From an uncultured Clostridia bacterium (GTDB taxonomy: Bacteria > Bacillota > Clostridia > TANB77 > CAG-508), in NCBI GenBank assembly GCA_944392105.1, contig CALXVM010000007.1, positions 3,624 through 67,623 on the forward strand: a DNA stretch of 64,000 nucleotides, in the 5' to 3' direction. Positions within the stretch are counted from its first letter, which is position 1; every line of letters begins with the position of its first letter. The notes beneath the pieces were generated by a model. That model did no database searches. It was not told the DNA's origin and worked only from the letters and a program-made list of their open reading frames with translations. Positions 47,174-56,615 of the stretch are shown here, one piece after another. The position numbers and the translations under genes are program-made.

Positions 47174-49030
47174 TTATTCTCCAAGTGCTTCGTCAACATT
47201 TGTTTCTTTCTTTTCATATTTATTTGATGCTAACCCTGATAAAAAAGTATGTCCAATTGTTGCAAAATCAAATTGCTCTTCTTTCATTACATCTAAAAAT
47301 ATTGGTGATATATCTTTTCCAAGAGCCATATGCAACCTAATTACATTATCCATAAATTCTTTTTTGTTTCCAGTTTTTACACAATTTAACATTTTATAAA
47401 CATATCCGTCTAGTTTATTATCTGTTCCTTTTCTCTTTAGCTCTTCGTGAATTTCTGTACCAATTGAGTATAATGCCATTAATTTTTTATTTTTCTTCTC
47501 CATTTCACTCATATCTTTTTCTCCTTTCTGGATTGATTTTATTTGCATTCTTGTTTTTGATGCTAAAAATGTTGCATATCCTCCATAATTATTTTTTATA
47601 ACATCTCTAAGCTTGTCATTTACAATATATTTTGTATCTTTGTTTTTCATAATTTTGTCAACCATTTGTATCTTTAATCTATAGTCTTTTATTTTCATTA
47701 AACTTTTGTCTGCATAATCCTTAAAAAATACTGCAACTGGTCTTGTTATATGGAAATATTCAAGTCTGCTATATGCTAAATATTCCGCTTCAATTTCTAC
47801 TACAAATATATTTTCTAATTGACATTTACTTATGTCTTTTTCTTGTTCTACGATATCTATTAATAGGTCTGCATAAGGACTTTCGATATACCTATCCTTT
47901 CTAGATTTACTTGCAAAATTATTATTTGTCCTTAATAAGTTTTCAATGTCAGTGTCGTAATTTACAAAACTTAAGATATCTTTTTCCTCATATTTTTGAC
48001 TATTTTTTGTAAGTTTTGTGATTGTCGTCAATCCCATTGGAATACAAAACATAATTAATTTGCATATATCACAAATTGGATAATTTACTTTTTGATTCCA
48101 AAAGAAATTTTTCATGTTATCACTACTAACAGCCATTGCTAAAAAGTTGCTTTCTGAATAATTACTTGTAATACAATGTTCATTTCCACATAAATAGCAT
48201 ATTTTAAAGACATTTTTTTCTATATATTCTTTTATTTCATTTGCTTGCTTACCTTTTTCTATGTATTTTTTGTTAATATCTGTATAAATTTTCAGCATTT
48301 CTTTAGTTATTAGCTCTTGATTTAACTTTTTTATATGTTCTTTTAGGTTCTCTAAATTATATTTTTCATCTATAAAGTCTTTTAAATATCCTGTTTCTAC
48401 AATATTGCTTACATAATCTTTATACATTAAGTTCATTTGTTCTTCATAAGAAGCACTATTTTTTACTACATTTAGAAATGAAGGTTGTCCGAAATATTTA
48501 TTACTTAATATGCTTTTAAATAAATTTGCAGTTAGCTTTTTATTAATGCTTTCTTTGTATAAGTATTGTCTTACTCGGTTAAAGATGTTTTCTAACTCCT
48601 CTAGTTGTTCTTTTTCTTTAATTGAATCTATTTCATTATATTCTTCTTGAATCTCATTTGCGGTTTCTTGGTCGAATTTCTTTATTTTATCTAATTGTTT
48701 TTTTATATTGTCTTTAATGTACTTTTTTTCTCTTTTTAATTTTTCTTTTGCATCATTTAATTCTTTTTTGTCTTCGCTTTCTATTTCTAAATATTGCTTT
48801 ATTCTATCAAATGACTCATCCATTCTTTTATTCATTGTCTTAGCTATATCATATGTTTCAAACAAATATTGGAAATAGTATTTGTGAAATTCTTTTAAAA
48901 TTTCTGTATCAAATTCTACGTAATTATCTTGAACTACTAATGCATCTTTTTGATACTTTTCCGTAATTCTTAAAAAGCCAATTAAACCTGCATTGTAAGA
49001 CCAGTCATTTAATTCTAGTTTTGCTTTCAT
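47174..49030 (-). CDS. cas8b: Cas8b/Cst1 large subunit (CXXC-CXXC type)
   Basis: 618 aa. N-terminal DWSYNAGLIGFLRI. CYLCG and CDIC motifs characteristic of Cst1. Confidence 0.8.
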   Translation of the reverse strand: MKAKLELNDWSYNAGLIGFLRITEKYQKDALVVQDNYVEFDTEILKEFHKYYFQYLFETYDIAKTMNKRMDESFDRIKQYLEIESEDKKELNDAKEKLKREKKYIKDNIKKQLDKIKKFDQETANEIQEEYNEIDSIKEKEQLEELENIFNRVRQYLYKESINKKLTANLFKSILSNKYFGQPSFLNVVKNSASYEEQMNLMYKDYVSNIVETGYLKDFIDEKYNLENLKEHIKKLNQELITKEMLKIYTDINKKYIEKGKQANEIKEYIEKNVFKICYLCGNEHCITSNYSESNFLAMAVSSDNMKNFFWNQKVNYPICDICKLIMFCIPMGLTTITKLTKNSQKYEEKDILSFVNYDTDIENLLRTNNNFASKSRKDRYIESPYADLLIDIVEQEKDISKCQLENIFVVEIEAEYLAYSRLEYFHITRPVAVFFKDYADKSLMKIKDYRLKIQMVDKIMKNKDTKYIVNDKLRDVIKNNYGGYATFLASKTRMQIKSIQKGEKDMSEMEKKNKKLMALYSIGTEIHEELKRKGTDNKLDGYVYKMLNCVKTGNKKEFMDNVIRLHMALGKDISPIFLDVMKEEQFDFATIGHTFLSGLASNKYEKKETNVDEALGE

Positions 49031-49276
49031 CTTTTATTATCACTCCTTTCTCAATTTATTATTTTAATGTTTCTGCAAACAAACGATTTTGAGATGTCTG
49101 CTGAGACTCCTTCCCTAATTTTACTATTTTAATGTTTGTATAAAATCTTACATTATCTGCTACTTTTTTGGTACTACTTTCTTCTTTATGTAGGTAAATT
49201 CAATGCTGAGTCTTCGTTTTATAAACTTGCTTTTTATCTGCACTTAAAATGTACTGTATATTTTGAAATTATCTAC

Positions 49277-49993
49277 TTAGATAGAAAACATTCCAAATCC
49301 GCTACTTCTTTTGCTTCCAATTCCTGCTTTATATAGATAGTCTAATAATTCTGGATTTCCTTTTAATTTATATACCCCTAAGGAAGTTTCTATTTGTTTT
49401 TCGTAGAATTTAATAACTGCTTTTTTAGCATTTACTGCCTCTATTGAAAAAGTATCTACTAATTTTTCTGGAATATCTGTATTTTTTATTTCTTCTTTTA
49501 TGTTAATTTTTAGCATTTCTTCAAATTTTTCATGTTTAAATGAATAATAGTAATCTTTTTTCGTTTCATTATTATGCTCTCTTACTACCAGTGGAGACAT
49601 GAATTTTACTACAATTTCATCTGTTTTAATTTGCTTTTCAGGAACAATAGAAATTTTTTGTAAAGTCATATAATTTCGATTTAATGGGAAAGCTTTGTGA
49701 AGCTGATGATTAAAACTATTGTAGATATTAATTGCAATATTATAGTCTTGAATTGAAAAGTTTAGCTCTACTTTTTTGTCTTCTAACAAAATAAAATCTT
49801 CTTCGAATTTTGGATTCTTAAAAAATACCGCAAAAGTGTAAGGTTTCATAATAGGGTCTTTTGCATGATATAGCTTGTTAAATTCTTCTTCGCTATAGTT
49901 TTCTAAAGACATTTTTATAAAACTCATTATGCTTTTGCGATATTGTATGGGGAATTTTTCATTTGCTAGTGTAAATAGAAATTTAAATCTCAT
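49277..49993 (-). CDS. cas6: Cas6 endoribonuclease
   Basis: 238 aa. C-terminal glycine-rich loop GIGSKRSSGFGMF. First gene of the cas operon. Confidence 0.85.
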   Translation of the reverse strand: MRFKFLFTLANEKFPIQYRKSIMSFIKMSLENYSEEEFNKLYHAKDPIMKPYTFAVFFKNPKFEEDFILLEDKKVELNFSIQDYNIAINIYNSFNHQLHKAFPLNRNYMTLQKISIVPEKQIKTDEIVVKFMSPLVVREHNNETKKDYYYSFKHEKFEEMLKINIKEEIKNTDIPEKLVDTFSIEAVNAKKAVIKFYEKQIETSLGVYKLKGNPELLDYLYKAGIGSKRSSGFGMFSI

Positions 49994-50269
49994 TTTTTCA
50001 CCTTCTTTTTTTATTGATTTTATTATTGTATCATATTAATGTTAAAAAGTTTGTCGTAATTTGTCGTAAAACATTATTTTTTGTATATACTTATTACGTA
50101 TATATTTATCATGTATTCAACTCTTTGTCAATTCATATATTTTTTTATATTTACACTATTTGTTCCTATACTTTTATGATATAATTGATTTGTTTGTATA
50201 TATTTATATTATATAAGGAAAAATAAGGTTGAAAAAGAATTGTACCTAAAGAAAGGAATACGATTAATT

Positions 50270-50731
50270 ATGGATAATTTTATGAAAATGGCTAAAGAAG
50301 CCGCTGAAAACGGAATGAACTTAAACGAAGGAGGTCCATTTGGTGCTGTTATAACGGATAAAAATGGAAATGTAATTTCTGTAGGAAATAATCAAGTGTT
50401 AAAAAATAATGATCCAACTGCACATGCAGAAGTCATGGCTATACGCAAAGCTTGTGAAAAACTTAATACTTATGATTTATCTAATTGTATTTTGTATACA
50501 TCTTGCGAGCCTTGTCCAATGTGTTTATCTGCTGCAATATGGGCAAACATTAAAGATGTTTATTATGCCTGCACTCGCGAAGATGCTGCTAATATTGGCT
50601 TTAGAGATGATTTTATTTATGAATATTTAGAAGGGAAAAATAAGGATGCTATAACTTTGCATCAAATTGATAGAGATAAGTGTATAGAAGTTTTTGAGAA
50701 ATATAAGAAAGAAAATAAAACGATTTATTAA
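50270..50731 (+). CDS. guaD: guanine deaminase (CDA-fold, GuaD-like)
   Basis: GGPFGAVI..DPTAHAEVMAIRKAC..CILYTSCEPCPMCLSAI, very close in pattern to B. subtilis GuaD. Start moved to ATG 50270. Confidence 0.8.
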   Translation: MDNFMKMAKEAAENGMNLNEGGPFGAVITDKNGNVISVGNNQVLKNNDPTAHAEVMAIRKACEKLNTYDLSNCILYTSCEPCPMCLSAAIWANIKDVYYACTREDAANIGFRDDFIYEYLEGKNKDAITLHQIDRDKCIEVFEKYKKENKTIY

Positions 50732-50805
50732 GAAAAATAATTTTAACATAATGGAATTTAAATATTAGTTGTACTTTATCTTTGCTTTCAAATGCATTTG
50801 ATTAA

Positions 50806-50855
50806 TAATCTAAATATATTAGAATATACATTTATATTCTAATATATTTAGATTA
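50806..50855. repeat. orphan inverted pair of CRISPR-repeat-like sequences (23-bp perfect hairpin)
   Basis: TAATCTAAATATATTAGAATATA-CATT-TATATTCTAATATATTTAGATTA. Positions 50830-50855 match the first 26 nt of the CRISPR repeat at 24 positions. Confidence 0.75.
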
Positions 50856-50911
50856 GGGATTAGTTTAATTTGGTTGATACAATAAATATTTTATATTCCA
50901 ATATTTTTATA

Positions 50912-51271
50912 TTATTTATTAAAATATTCTTTCCATTCTTGCTCCTTAAAACCTACTAATATTTTATCGTCACTTACAATTAAAGGTCTTTTTATTAACA
51001 TTCCATCACTTGCAAGTAATTTTATTTTCTCTTCTTCTGTCATTTCTGGTAATTTTTCCTTTAAATTTAGTGCTTTATATTTTAATCCACTAGTATTAAA
51101 CCAACTTTTTATATCTTTTTCACTTAATGGTATCCATTGCTTTAACTCCTCCGCTGTTGGCGTTTCTTCTATAATATGTCTATCTTCAAATTGTATATTG
51201 TTAATTTCTAACCATTTTTTAGCTTTTTGACATGTTGAACATTTTGGATATTCAATAAATATAATTTTCAT
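50912..51271 (-). CDS. ArsC/Spx/YffB-family thioredoxin-fold protein
   Basis: 119 aa. N-terminal CSTC (CxxC) and LIKRPLIV motif of the ArsC/Spx family. Confidence 0.7.
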   Translation of the reverse strand: MKIIFIEYPKCSTCQKAKKWLEINNIQFEDRHIIEETPTAEELKQWIPLSEKDIKSWFNTSGLKYKALNLKEKLPEMTEEEKIKLLASDGMLIKRPLIVSDDKILVGFKEQEWKEYFNK

Positions 51272-51310
51272 TTTTTTCTCCTTTCATCATTTATTTCGTG
51301 AATTAGACAA

Positions 51311-52942
51311 TTAATCATTTTTCATTATATCATACATTATGTAGCCACCGATTAAATTTTTTACATTATAGCCTTTTTGTTTTAGTATTCTACATGCTAA
51401 ATAACTTCTTGACCCACTATGACAATGTACTACTATTTCTTTTGACTTATCTAGCTTTTTCAAGTTTTCTCTTAATTCGTCTAATGGTATGTTTATTGCC
51501 CTGTCAATATGGCTTAGGTTATATTCTTCTATTGTTCGTACATCTAGTATATATGTTTTTTTTTCATTTCTTAGCTCTTCTACAGATATTGTATCTACTA
51601 AGCCGTTTATTTCATTTTCTATTGCATTTCCAAGAATATTTACTGGGCTTTTTGCAGATGAAAATGGTGGTGCGTAGCATAATTCTAAAGCTGATAAATC
51701 AGCTGCCTTCATCTTGGTTTGAATTGCTATAGATAGAATATCTGTTATTTTATCAACACTTGCTTTTCCCCATATGTATGCACCAAGTATTTGTGATGTT
51801 TCGCTATTATATATTGCCTTTATTGTAAGCATTTTTGCTCCTGGATAATATGTTGCATGAGAATACGGCGAAATAATCATAATTTTATATGGTATTTTTA
51901 AAGTTTGGCATACTCTTTCTGAAAGTCCAACTATTCCTAGCGAATAATTAAATACTTTTAAAATGCTGCTTCCTATAAAGCCATCATAAGTACTTGTTAT
52001 TCCTTCTATATTATTTGCTACTATTCTAGCTTGTCTATTTGCTGGGCCAGCTAATGCAATTCCGCTTCTCGCACCGGTTATTATATTTTGTACTTCCACT
52101 GCATCTCCTAGTGCATATATATTTTCGTCACTTGTTTGCATTTTACTATTTACTATTATTGCGCCTTTTTCGTTTAGAGTAAGTCCAGCCTCTTTTGCTA
52201 GATTTGACTCTGGTTTTACACCTATACATAATATAGCTAGGTCTGTTTCTATTTTATCATTATCTAGTGTTAGCAATAGTTTTTCGTGTTCTGATATATC
52301 ATTTACGCCTTGATTTAGATATAATTTCACTCCATGCTTTTTTACCTCTTTATGTACAAAATGTGCTATGTCATTATCAATAATTGAAATTAGATGTGGA
52401 GACTTTTCTACTATTGACACTTCCATATTGTATTCTGACAAATTTTCCGCCATTTCAACACCAATATATCCTCCACCTACAATTACAGCACTTTTCGGAT
52501 TGTTACTTTTGATAAATGCTTTTACTTTTTCTGCATCATTTACGTTTCTTATAGTAAAAATTCTATCGCTTTTTACGTCTTTAAAAGGATTAATTGGCTC
52601 TGCGCCTGGAGATAAAACTAATTTGTCATAAGTCTCAAAGTATGTCTCTCCTGTATCATTTTTCTTAACTTCTACCTTTCTATTTTCTTTATCTATTTTT
52701 ATTACTTCTTGGCTTATTCTTACATCTATATTAAATCTTTCTTTAAATTTTTCAGGAGTTTGAACTAATAAGTCTTCTTCATTTTTTATAACATTTCCTA
52801 CATAATATGGAAGTCCACAATTTGCAAATGAAATATGCTCTCCTCTTTCAAATAAAATTATTTCTGAGTTTTCATCTAGTCTTCTTAACCTAGTAGCTGT
52901 TGTAGCTCCTCCTGCTACTCCTCCTACAATTACAACTTTCAT
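51311..52942 (-). CDS. cdr: CoA-disulfide reductase / NADH oxidase with C-terminal rhodanese domain
   Basis: GGVAGGATTA FAD site, SFANCGLPYY redox Cys motif, C-terminal rhodanese loop VHCHSGSRS. Gene symbol is a family-level guess. Confidence 0.85.
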   Translation of the reverse strand: MKVVIVGGVAGGATTATRLRRLDENSEIILFERGEHISFANCGLPYYVGNVIKNEEDLLVQTPEKFKERFNIDVRISQEVIKIDKENRKVEVKKNDTGETYFETYDKLVLSPGAEPINPFKDVKSDRIFTIRNVNDAEKVKAFIKSNNPKSAVIVGGGYIGVEMAENLSEYNMEVSIVEKSPHLISIIDNDIAHFVHKEVKKHGVKLYLNQGVNDISEHEKLLLTLDNDKIETDLAILCIGVKPESNLAKEAGLTLNEKGAIIVNSKMQTSDENIYALGDAVEVQNIITGARSGIALAGPANRQARIVANNIEGITSTYDGFIGSSILKVFNYSLGIVGLSERVCQTLKIPYKIMIISPYSHATYYPGAKMLTIKAIYNSETSQILGAYIWGKASVDKITDILSIAIQTKMKAADLSALELCYAPPFSSAKSPVNILGNAIENEINGLVDTISVEELRNEKKTYILDVRTIEEYNLSHIDRAINIPLDELRENLKKLDKSKEIVVHCHSGSRSYLACRILKQKGYNVKNLIGGYIMYDIMKND

Positions 52943-53063
52943 ATCTTGTTATGGCTTGCGCAAAATGCACAAGTTTCTCCTTTCCTTATATTTTTGTATA
53001 TTTATTTTATCTTACAAATTACTTTTATTAAAAATTTTTGCAATTGACTTTTTATTTTATAAG

Positions 53064-53630
53064 CTATTTTTTAAAAAAGTGTTTTATTTTTTCTATAATT
53101 CTTTTAAATATCGATTTTTTATATGTTGCTAATTGTTTATTATCTGTTTTTTGGTTGTCATCTAGCTTTTGTTGATAGATTGCGTTTTTACTATTAGCTA
53201 TGGATTGCTTATTATTTTCTCCATCATTACTATTTTCTTTAGTATCTTGAAATGTAGCTCTTTTTTCACTCACGTTTTCTAAATCTTCATTACTATTTTT
53301 CTTAAATATATCTTCAGGATTATACTTTTTTCTAGCCTCGTTTTCCACAATTTGTTGGTTTCTTGTTAATATCTCATTTAATTTTTGCTTTTGAACATCA
53401 TTTGTAAAATACTTTTTAAAATATACAACTAAAATAGCATTAGCTTTTCTGGAGATATTTTGTTCTTCTAGTGTTTTTTCTGGATTAATTACAAACTTAT
53501 AATTTTTATTCCTATTGGTTTCTAAAAATTTAATCTCATCTTTTGGTATTTTTTTAAATTCAGATTCGGGTAAGTATTTAAGTATTTCTAATACTTCTGT
53601 ATAAGCCATGTTATATGTAACATTAGTCAT
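53064..53630 (-). CDS. hypothetical protein (188 aa), translationally coupled to the 823-aa ORF
   Basis: Start moved to MTNVTYNMAYTEVLEILKYLP. Its ATG overlaps the upstream stop (CATGACTAA). Structured N-terminal ~90 aa, then a polar low-complexity tail. Confidence 0.5.
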   Translation of the reverse strand: MTNVTYNMAYTEVLEILKYLPESEFKKIPKDEIKFLETNRNKNYKFVINPEKTLEEQNISRKANAILVVYFKKYFTNDVQKQKLNEILTRNQQIVENEARKKYNPEDIFKKNSNEDLENVSEKRATFQDTKENSNDGENNKQSIANSKNAIYQQKLDDNQKTDNKQLATYKKSIFKRIIEKIKHFFKK

Positions 53631-56094
53631 GTTCTTCCTTTTCCTCCTCCTTCTCATTTTCTATTGAAAGTACTTGCTCTGCTCCTTTTACTTCTTCTGA
53701 TGTAATTTTCTGATTTAGTAAAGCATTTTTCATAAGTTTTTTCATTGTTACTGTTCTTTTATATTCCAAAGCTGTTGGTATATTTTCTAAATCAATTGAG
53801 AAATCTTCTAGTTGTAAGCTTTTCATAGTTTGATTTAGTTTTTGTAAAATACTTTCTGTGTCTATTGTTATCTCAGTTTTACTAATTGGCTTCTTTTCTG
53901 CACACTTTGCATATAAGTCTCTTTCTTCTAATACTATCTGCATAATTCTAATTAAATCTTTATCTTGTGCTTGTACATTTTGATTTGCAATTCTATCTAA
54001 ATAGTTGTCCAAGGTTTCTGAAATTTTTTTGTACTCTTCGTCAAAGCTTTCTCTAAACCTTTCATTTTCAACATCTCCTGTATAGCTTTTATCTTCTTCA
54101 TCTTTTTTTCTATTTAAAAGCCATCCTGCCATGTTGGTTTCATATGCGTTTAGTAATGCTTTCAGCTTTTCTGTATCTCCTGTTTTCTCAAACTCTTGAC
54201 GCAAAACTTCTAAATTTTCTATTTGACTGTCTTTTATCTTTAATTTGTTCATAAACAAAACTGGTATATCCCAATCGGAAGCAGCTTTATAAGCACTTTG
54301 TACATTTTCTTCTGTCGAGTCATCAAACAATAACACATAATCTGGTGTAGTATCTGCTCTTTCCACTCCGAATTCGTTATACACTCTTCTAGAATGATAT
54401 GGCATTGTATTGGCAGTTAAGTATTTTCGCTGTGAAGCGCTATATCCAAATTCATTAGAATATGTATTAATATCTGTATCTCCCATTAATCTTATGGCAT
54501 CATCATTAATTGAGTTAAATCCATAAATAACTCCGCTTCCTTCTACTGGAGCCATTCCCATAAAATCTTGATTGATATAAGACATTGATATTACATGATT
54601 AAATTGTTTGTCATTATCTGTCCATTTTTCTCTATAACTTTCTGTTTTTGCAACATTATTAGTATTAACAAAGCCGGCTCCAGTGCTATGTACTAATAAA
54701 CTAAAGTTTTCAGGAGCCTTTAATTGAGTTATTGTTTTGCCATTATATTCTATTGTGGTTTTATCTTGTTCACTCTCTATATTTTCCTGTGTTTGTTGTA
54801 ATTCTGAAGTATAGCTTAATGCATATTCCTTACCCATTTGTTGTTTTATTTTCTCTAGTTCTTCTGCATTTAAATTTAAGCCACTACTAAAATCCATTTG
54901 GCTTTCAGCTTCAAAATCTAACACTTTCTGAATATTTTGTAATAAGCTCTTTCCACTTGCAAGCTGCATGTTATCTACATTTTGCCCATACATGGTTATT
55001 AATTTCTTTGCCTCTTCTAATGACATAGAAAAATATTTATTAAAATATATATTTTTTATTACGTCAAGTTTCGATGGATTCCCTGGCAAACTAAAGTTTA
55101 TTCCATAGTAGTATGTTCCAAATTCTTCTCTTTCCTCTTTTGTTATTTTTTCATAATCTTCGTCTAAGGCTTTTTCTAAATCTTGTTTATAGTGTGCAGA
55201 AAATGGAACCATTATAACTCCGTTATCTCTTTTAGATTTATTATTTCTTAAAGCTGCATCTATTAGTTCTGCTGGATTTTGAATCTCACTTGGATTAATT
55301 TTGTAACAATTATTGGTGCAATATTGAACTAAATCATCTATTAAATTACGTCCATCATCTAAGTTTGGAGTTTCTTTTATTTTATCTCCGATTAGTTTAA
55401 GTAATGACGGATTTTCCTTGCTTAAAAGAGTTAATTGTGTACTCATATTAGGAAATTTCATTGCATATGACACAAACTCACTTCCAAGTACACTATAAAT
55501 ATTGTCCTGAAATATACTAAAATTTACATGTCTTAACGCTTGAGGATTGTGTTCTAGAGCTTTTTCTATTATTGCAACTTTTTCATCAGAAAATTCACCT
55601 TTTTCAAAGCATGCTAAAAAGCTAGCATAATCAATTGCATGTGTAAAGTGAGTAGCTATTTTTTCACAACTTGTGCCTTTTAAAACTTTACCTCGCTCTA
55701 CTACAGCTGTCTTGATTTTATCTCCTAGCTCTTTTGTTAGTTTTGAAAATTCAAATTCTCCGTAAAATAATGGTACTAAAAAGACTCCATCTTTCATTAA
55801 GTCTTCTGCATAAAATGGTTCATGCTCTATTTTTTCTGATATTATTTGAATAATACGCTCTTTGTTTTCGTCGCTTACTCTACTACTTGATAAGATGTGC
55901 ATAAGGTTTTTTATTGAAAATTGCTTTAGCACTTCGTTTTCTTCTTGAGACATTTTCTCAAATATTTCTGCATTTCTTATGCTTCTCTCTTCGTTGCACC
56001 TATCCAATATACCAATTGATTTATCTAACGTCATTACTCCATAGTAACAGAACCAATCTTGTTTTTTTACGAATTTTTCTGATAGTTCACTCAT
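53623..56094 (-). CDS. large cytoplasmic hypothetical protein (823 aa), no recognisable motif
   Basis: Uninterrupted ORF. No signal peptide or TM, no P-loop or other motif I can recognise. Confidence 0.55.
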   Translation of the reverse strand: MSELSEKFVKKQDWFCYYGVMTLDKSIGILDRCNEERSIRNAEIFEKMSQEENEVLKQFSIKNLMHILSSSRVSDENKERIIQIISEKIEHEPFYAEDLMKDGVFLVPLFYGEFEFSKLTKELGDKIKTAVVERGKVLKGTSCEKIATHFTHAIDYASFLACFEKGEFSDEKVAIIEKALEHNPQALRHVNFSIFQDNIYSVLGSEFVSYAMKFPNMSTQLTLLSKENPSLLKLIGDKIKETPNLDDGRNLIDDLVQYCTNNCYKINPSEIQNPAELIDAALRNNKSKRDNGVIMVPFSAHYKQDLEKALDEDYEKITKEEREEFGTYYYGINFSLPGNPSKLDVIKNIYFNKYFSMSLEEAKKLITMYGQNVDNMQLASGKSLLQNIQKVLDFEAESQMDFSSGLNLNAEELEKIKQQMGKEYALSYTSELQQTQENIESEQDKTTIEYNGKTITQLKAPENFSLLVHSTGAGFVNTNNVAKTESYREKWTDNDKQFNHVISMSYINQDFMGMAPVEGSGVIYGFNSINDDAIRLMGDTDINTYSNEFGYSASQRKYLTANTMPYHSRRVYNEFGVERADTTPDYVLLFDDSTEENVQSAYKAASDWDIPVLFMNKLKIKDSQIENLEVLRQEFEKTGDTEKLKALLNAYETNMAGWLLNRKKDEEDKSYTGDVENERFRESFDEEYKKISETLDNYLDRIANQNVQAQDKDLIRIMQIVLEERDLYAKCAEKKPISKTEITIDTESILQKLNQTMKSLQLEDFSIDLENIPTALEYKRTVTMKKLMKNALLNQKITSEEVKGAEQVLSIENEKEEEKEEHD

Positions 56095-56204
56095 ATTTTC
56101 CTCTGTTTCGTTGGATTGATTTTAATTTAATTCTATTTTTAACATATTGGCTGATTTTTTGTGTTTATTAGTGCTTAATGCTTCGCTATTATAGTGTTAT
56201 GGAT

Positions 56205-56615
56205 TTATTTTACAAGGTTTAAGTCTCCGTGTATGATGATTGGTGAAAATCCTGAAATTTCGTCATATAACATACCTTCTGGTATATCATTGTATAGGAA
56301 TATTTTTTTATGCATCATGAATGCTTCGTATAGTTCTAGAAATGTAGCGCCACCTATGTAATTTGCTTGTCCATGTTTTTCAAAATTTAAAGTTAACACC
56401 GCATCCATACTTTCTATTGTGTCTCTACTTTTAATAAACATTCTTTCTTTAAATTTTGCATGCTCTTGTTCCCCTAAATTCCAGCTTTCTTTTTCTGCAT
56501 CTGGATTATCATACGAATTTGGAAGCGCAACTTCATGTCCCATTTGCTCTAATTTTTCCTTAATTGGTGGTATGTCTTTATAAAAAGCTTTACTACATAT
56601 AACAAATACTTTCAT
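56205..56615 (-). CDS. nucleoside 2-deoxyribosyltransferase-like small protein
   Basis: 136 aa. MKVFVICS beta1 start and ANYIGGATFLELYEAF, reminiscent of the NDT-family GTxxExG region. Weak assignment. Confidence 0.4.
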   Translation of the reverse strand: MKVFVICSKAFYKDIPPIKEKLEQMGHEVALPNSYDNPDAEKESWNLGEQEHAKFKERMFIKSRDTIESMDAVLTLNFEKHGQANYIGGATFLELYEAFMMHKKIFLYNDIPEGMLYDEISGFSPIIIHGDLNLVK

